A stretch of 64,000 nt of DNA, taken from positions 64,001 to 128,000 of the forward strand of contig JBMNIF010000001.1 in assembly GCA_050950765.1 (NCBI GenBank), read 5' to 3'. Positions 59,779-64,000 of the stretch are shown in pieces. The notes beneath the pieces are model-generated. The model was not told where the DNA came from. It did no database searches and saw nothing but the letters and a program-made list of their open reading frames with translations. The position numbers and the translations under genes are program-made. The stretch's first letter is position 1. Each line of letters starts with the position of its first letter. This DNA comes from Bdellovibrionota bacterium. GTDB taxonomy: Bacteria; Bdellovibrionota_C; UBA2361; JAAYZI01.

Positions 59779-61665
59779 TTAAGCGGAGAGCCCGTAAATC
59801 TGAGATACTAAAGCATCAATTTTAAGATCTAATGTAGAGGAATTATCTTTAGCGTTAAGCCGTTCTTTTGCCAGTGCGGAAAGAGCTTCAATATGAAGTT
59901 TAAAATCTTTAGGGATAGGAAAATTGTGAAGATCGGCAGCGACGATTTTAGGGAAAAGATTACGCTGCGACTTTCGACCTTTTAATAATATAATCAAGGA
60001 GCCTAAGTTTGAATTTAAAATAGTAAGTAGTGCCTGTAATGCAGCGGAGCTATTTTCTCCCCGTTGAGAGATATGCAAAACAGATTTATTGTAAAGATAT
60101 GGCGTATCAACATAAGTAGCATAAAGCATGTAGGGGCGTGGTGCTAAAATTTCACGTAAGATAATACGAGGTCTAGTATAACGCTCTAACGGTTGAAACT
60201 CTGCTAAGCAGGGGCCGTGCTTTAGATATGACCCCGACCATTGTACGGCGTAACGTGTGATGTCAGCACCTTCTAAGTACGGTAAAAAATCAGGGCTGTC
60301 TTTTGTTCTTGAGTGATAGATATGATTTTTTACATCCTCTGCGCTTTGTGGAGGTGTGCCTTGACCTGTGGCGTAGGCTTGTAACGCAATGGCTGGTACA
60401 AAACCGAACTGAGTAATAGCGCTACATGAAGATCTTATTTTTCTTAGGAGATCTTCTGCATTATCAAACCAGAAAGTGGGGATGCGTGATCCGAATTCGT
60501 CTAAACAGACCTGATGTGAAATGCTAAAACTTTCTTTTTTCGGGATCTCGTCTTTAGATTTAGCATTAAAGATCTTTATAGCAGAGGTTGGCAAATCCTT
60601 TACTACTTTAAAGATAACCGTTTCAACACCGAGATTACGGAAAACAGGTTTCTCAAAAGTTATTAACTCATGTAAAGAGGTGTCAGTTAAGAAACGTTTG
60701 CGAATAACACTCCCGCCATCTATACCGAGCCAAGCATTAGGAACAATAAAGGAGAGAGTCCCGCCGCTCCTTAAGAGATCATAACTTCTAAGCATAAAGG
60801 CGATGTACTTATTAATCTTACCTGATGAGGCAGTGTTGTATTTTCGTAAAAGGCAGGAGTTTTCATGCTCTGATAACTGTTCATTACGTTTTAATCCGTA
60901 AGGAGGGTTGCCGATAATGTAATAAAACCCGCCTTGCTGCATAATTGCAGGAAATGAAGCTTCCCAGCTTAGAGCATCAGGGAGTTCATGGGATAGGGAA
61001 AAATCATCTTCTGGAGAAAGTAAGGAATTTCCACAAACGATATTTTTTGAAAGGTCTATAAATGGCAAATTAGCGCAAGAACCTTCTTCAAAAAGTTTGC
61101 AAAGAAGAAGTATTTTACAGATCTCAACAGTGGCTCTCTCCTTATCAACACCGAAAATTAAATTTTGTAAAAGTGTTACCTTCTTATCAAAAGTTTTGTT
61201 GCTTGATTTAGAAAAAAGAAAATCCAACGCTTCAAGTAGAAAAATACCAGATCCACAAGCTGGGTCTAAGATCTCTTTATTAGTATCACTTGTTATTGTG
61301 TTGTGTATGATATGGCGTACAACGGGAAGGGGGGTGTAAAAAACCCCACCTTTTTTTGATTCGGTAAGTGTTAAAGTGTCTTCCCAAAGTATGCTTAAAT
61401 CACCCACTGATAAAGAGCGAGACCTCTGTTCTGCGCTAAGAAGATCTTCAATAGAAAGGTCTTCCTTTGTAGTAAAAAAGATATCTGTTCTGAAAAAATT
61501 ATTTAAAGTGTCAAAAACTGCTAAAACTTGAGATGGTTCTTTAAAAGATGGTGCTGTTACAATGTAAGGAAAACGATAGGCGATAAAGTTTGCTAAAAGA
61601 AGAAGAAAAGATTGACGTTTTAATCCACCCTCTGTTTTTTTATTACTTGTTGCTTGATTCTTCAT
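59779..61665 (-). CDS. N6-adenine DNA methyltransferase (gamma class, TaqI/Eco57I-like) with C-terminal TRD
   Basis: GVFYTP, ILDPACGSGIFL, IFGVD, NIVCGNSL, IIGNPPY, SFIVPNAWL, PYLEGADITRY, ILNS. Confidence 0.9.
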   Translation of the reverse strand: MKNQATSNKKTEGGLKRQSFLLLLANFIAYRFPYIVTAPSFKEPSQVLAVFDTLNNFFRTDIFFTTKEDLSIEDLLSAEQRSRSLSVGDLSILWEDTLTLTESKKGGVFYTPLPVVRHIIHNTITSDTNKEILDPACGSGIFLLEALDFLFSKSSNKTFDKKVTLLQNLIFGVDKERATVEICKILLLCKLFEEGSCANLPFIDLSKNIVCGNSLLSPEDDFSLSHELPDALSWEASFPAIMQQGGFYYIIGNPPYGLKRNEQLSEHENSCLLRKYNTASSGKINKYIAFMLRSYDLLRSGGTLSFIVPNAWLGIDGGSVIRKRFLTDTSLHELITFEKPVFRNLGVETVIFKVVKDLPTSAIKIFNAKSKDEIPKKESFSISHQVCLDEFGSRIPTFWFDNAEDLLRKIRSSCSAITQFGFVPAIALQAYATGQGTPPQSAEDVKNHIYHSRTKDSPDFLPYLEGADITRYAVQWSGSYLKHGPCLAEFQPLERYTRPRIILREILAPRPYMLYATYVDTPYLYNKSVLHISQRGENSSAALQALLTILNSNLGSLIILLKGRKSQRNLFPKIVAADLHNFPIPKDFKLHIEALSALAKERLNAKDNSSTLDLKIDALVSQIYGLSA

Positions 61666-61796
61666 GGTGATTAAGTTAAACGCTGCAAAAAAAACATATT
61701 GAATATTACGGGGATAGTATTTAAAAAAATGAATACTTACAAGTTGTTTGCTCTTACCTTAGAGTATGATATTAATCGGAAGAGGGGTATTTTGAT

Positions 61797-62735
61797 ATGG
61801 CAGATTCAACAAAAGATGGGCACATTCTCCTGTTCTTTCTAAAAATAGCGGTTTTTTTACTATCTCGATTTCCGTATCTTACGCGAATTAAAATTCTTAC
61901 GGCATTGATACGTTTCGGTGTGGCGTGCTCGCCGAGTCATAAACGGGTAGCACATAAAAATTTAAGTTTTGTATTCCCAGAAAAAGATGCCGCATGGCGT
62001 GAAGAGATTATTCGCAAACACTGTACAGTGCTGGCGCAGCTCCTTGTAGATTTCTTTCGTATCCCCTCTTTAGATGAAGAGTGGGTTAAAAAGCATATGA
62101 AATTCCCAGAAATGCAACGTTTTACTGAAGTCGTCAGGGCAGATCCTAATAAAGGTGCCTTCATTATGACGGGGCATATAGGATCTTTTGAATTAGCGCC
62201 GCTTGCTTCCGCAATGGGGCAGGCACCTGTCTGCATTATCGTACGTGATATGAAACAAAAAGCGGTAAATGAGTGGTGGAATGCCTTTCGTTGTACTCAC
62301 GGAAACACCGTTCTCTCTCGTAACGGTGCTGTAAAGGGTATGATCAAGAGGATAAAAAAAGGTCAAGATATAGGCTTTCTTTTTGATCAAAATGTAACAC
62401 GGAATAATGCTATCTTTGTTAATTGGTTTGGTCGTTTAGCAGCAACTTCTGAAGCTTTCGGACAATTAGCGATGAGGCTTAAAACACCTGTTGTTATCAT
62501 TTGCGTCCGTACGCGTGGTGTAGATGACTATGAAATCCCATTTTACCATGTACAAACAGATGATCTTTATAATGATGAAACTATCACTATTGATGAAGGC
62601 GCTAGAATCATAACTGAAAGATCTGTGGCAATTATGGAAAAAATAATTAAAGAAGAGCCTGAAGCTTGGTTCTGGTTTCATAAACGTTGGAGAACCACAC
62701 CTTCAGAAGATATCCCAGAAGATTTTTACGATTAA
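61797..62735 (+). CDS. Lipid A acyltransferase (LpxL/HtrB family)
   Basis: NL..VFPE, TGHIGSFE, FLFDQ, PEAWFWFHKRWR. Confidence 0.88.
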   Translation: MADSTKDGHILLFFLKIAVFLLSRFPYLTRIKILTALIRFGVACSPSHKRVAHKNLSFVFPEKDAAWREEIIRKHCTVLAQLLVDFFRIPSLDEEWVKKHMKFPEMQRFTEVVRADPNKGAFIMTGHIGSFELAPLASAMGQAPVCIIVRDMKQKAVNEWWNAFRCTHGNTVLSRNGAVKGMIKRIKKGQDIGFLFDQNVTRNNAIFVNWFGRLAATSEAFGQLAMRLKTPVVIICVRTRGVDDYEIPFYHVQTDDLYNDETITIDEGARIITERSVAIMEKIIKEEPEAWFWFHKRWRTTPSEDIPEDFYD

Positions 62736-62770
62736 ATAAGTTTTTGCAACTGAATTAAAATTAGATAAAT

Positions 62771-63244
62771 TAAGGAAGAAAACGCTCATCGAATCGCGTT
62801 TCCGTATTGTTGCTATCACTCAGTGTAAACATTCGTTTACACGAAAAAATAAGGAAGGAAACGCTCATCGAATCGCGTTTCCGTATTGTTGCTATCACTC
62901 AGTGTAAACATCCGCGAAGCTCCGTTTGCAAATAAGGATGAAAACGCTCATTGAATCGCGTTTTCGTATTGTTGCTATCACTCAGTGTAAACATTCGCGA
63001 AGCTCCGTTTACAAATAAGGAAGGAAACGCTCATTGAATCGCGTTTCCGTATTGTTGCTATCATTCAGTGCAAACATGCGTTTGCAAATAAGGATGAAAA
63101 CGCTCATTGAATCGCGTTTTCGTATTGTTGCTATCACTCAGTGCAAACATGCGCGAAGCTCCGTTTGCAAATAAGGAAGAAAACGCTCATCGAATCGCGT
63201 TTTCGTATTGTTGCTATCACTCAGTGTAAACATTCGTTTACACG
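62771..63244. repeat. Repeat family B: 6 tandem two-hairpin units of 73-83 bp
   Basis: Units start TAAGGA at 62771, 62850, 62933, 63016, 63089, 63172; consensus TAAGGAWGRAAACGCTCATYGAATCGCGTTTYCGTATTGTTGCTATCACTCAGTGYAAACAT..(GCGAAGCTCC)GTTTRCA. Confidence 0.95.
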
Positions 63245-63246
63245 AG

Positions 63247-63319
63247 TGACCCCAAGGGGACTCGAACCCCTGTTTCCGGCGTGAGAGGCCAGCGTCCTAG
63301 ACCACTAGACGATGGAGCC
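63247..63319 (-). tRNA. tRNA-Glu(CTC)
   Basis: GGCTCCATCGTCTAGTGGTCTAGGAC-G-CTGGC-CTCTCAC-GCCGG...GGTTCGAGTCC...TGGGGTC-A; CCA not encoded. Confidence 0.95.
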
Positions 63320-63478
63320 ATATAGCATGAAGGGCGAATAGTACATATTTTATGCGCTTTAGGCAACCTCTGGGAGTCAGCTCAGTTATAAAAAATTGTA
63401 AAAATACCTAATGACCTAGAAATGATACGGGAAATAACTTGTTTTTTCTGATAACTTCGCTATAGTTTTGCACCGTGT

Positions 63479-63552
63479 TCGCCCATGGTGTAATGGTAGC
63501 ACGCCAGGTTCTGGCCCTGGAAACCGAGGTTCGAATCCTTGTGGGCGAGCCA
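63479..63552 (+). tRNA. tRNA-Gln(CTG)
   Basis: TCGCCCATGGTGTAATGG...CCAGG-TTCTGGC-CCTGG...GGTTCGAATCC...TGGGCGA-G-CCA. Confidence 0.95.
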
Positions 63553-63602
63553 TAATTTATCATTATATATGCCTCATCTCCTCGCAGAGGCGGAGATTCC
63601 TA

Positions 63603-64000
63603 ATGAATTATTTTTTCAATATTCGTTTTGATACCGCACTTTTTGGATTATTTCGCTCTCGTATTATTTTACTTGTAATTGTTGCATTATTAACAAATGC
63701 CTGTTCCATCAAGACGAGCCGAAGTATTCCGCAAAAAGAATTAGCTTTAGGTAAAGAGAAAAAAAACGTTAAGGATCCTAAATTTGAAAAAAAATCTAAA
63801 GCTATGCACCACTACTTGGTAGGGCAGCTTTCTTTAAACAAACAAGATTATTCAGATGCTCTTACTAATCTAGCAAAAGCTAGTGACCTCGTGGGGGGAT
63901 CCTCCAGTACGCTACACCTGCAACTAGCACAACTCTATATGAAAGACGAACGGTTTCAAGAAGCCTTAGAGGAGCTGCAAAAGATATTAAAAACAGATCC
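63603..64000 (+). CDS. TPR-containing lipoprotein, runs off the window
   Basis: Manual translation: MNYFF...[14 protein letters not shown]...AMHHYLVGQLSL..QDYSDALTNLAKA...LHLQLAQLYMKDERFQEALEELQKILK. Confidence 0.75.
   Translation, partial: MNYFFNIRFDTALFGLFRSRIILLVIVALLTNACSIKTSRSIPQKELALGKEKKNVKDPKFEKKSKAMHHYLVGQLSLNKQDYSDALTNLAKASDLVGGSSSTLHLQLAQLYMKDERFQEALEELQKILKTD

Noticed and set aside
62771..63244. CRISPR array
   Set aside because: Whole units repeat with no unique spacers

Overview
A 64-kb window of an AT-rich, diderm bacterial chromosome (lipid A acyltransferase, flagellar hook, type IV pilin, sigma-54 promoters and enhancer-binding proteins). A deltaproteobacteria/Bdellovibrionota-like lineage is plausible, but that is inference only. 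Housekeeping genes: dapL (partial), ssb, nadB, rpmF, M29 aminopeptidase, pyk, pgm, yaeQ, argF, terC-like, GT4, ferredoxin, lpxL-like and three tRNAs. More unusual content: (1) an unannotated ~225-nt candidate sRNA gene (11.5-11.9 kb, minus strand) with a full sigma-54 architecture (palindromic enhancer, IHF-like site, -24/-12 promoter, intrinsic terminator) and an anti-Shine-Dalgarno loop; (2) a dispersed family of 70-89-bp degenerate tandem repeats forming four arrays, three of which surround that sRNA and an orphan gene; (3) two translationally coupled sigma-54 activator-like genes with complementary defects (working ATPase with poor HTH; dead ATPase with intact HTH), facing a pseudokinase/Zn-ribbon response regulator operon; (4) larBCE with no larA in view, followed by a pre-ATP-grasp ligase and an isoaspartyl peptidase; (5) a decayed accessory region after tRNA-Leu with a macro-domain gene split by an intact IS (6-bp TSD) and an AbiEii remnant; (6) a 1849-aa Cys-rich metalloprotease/mucin-like surface protein; (7) a second six-unit repeat array with compensatory stem covariation abutting the 3' end of tRNA-Glu. 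All calls were made by eye from motifs; no database searches or folding programs were run.
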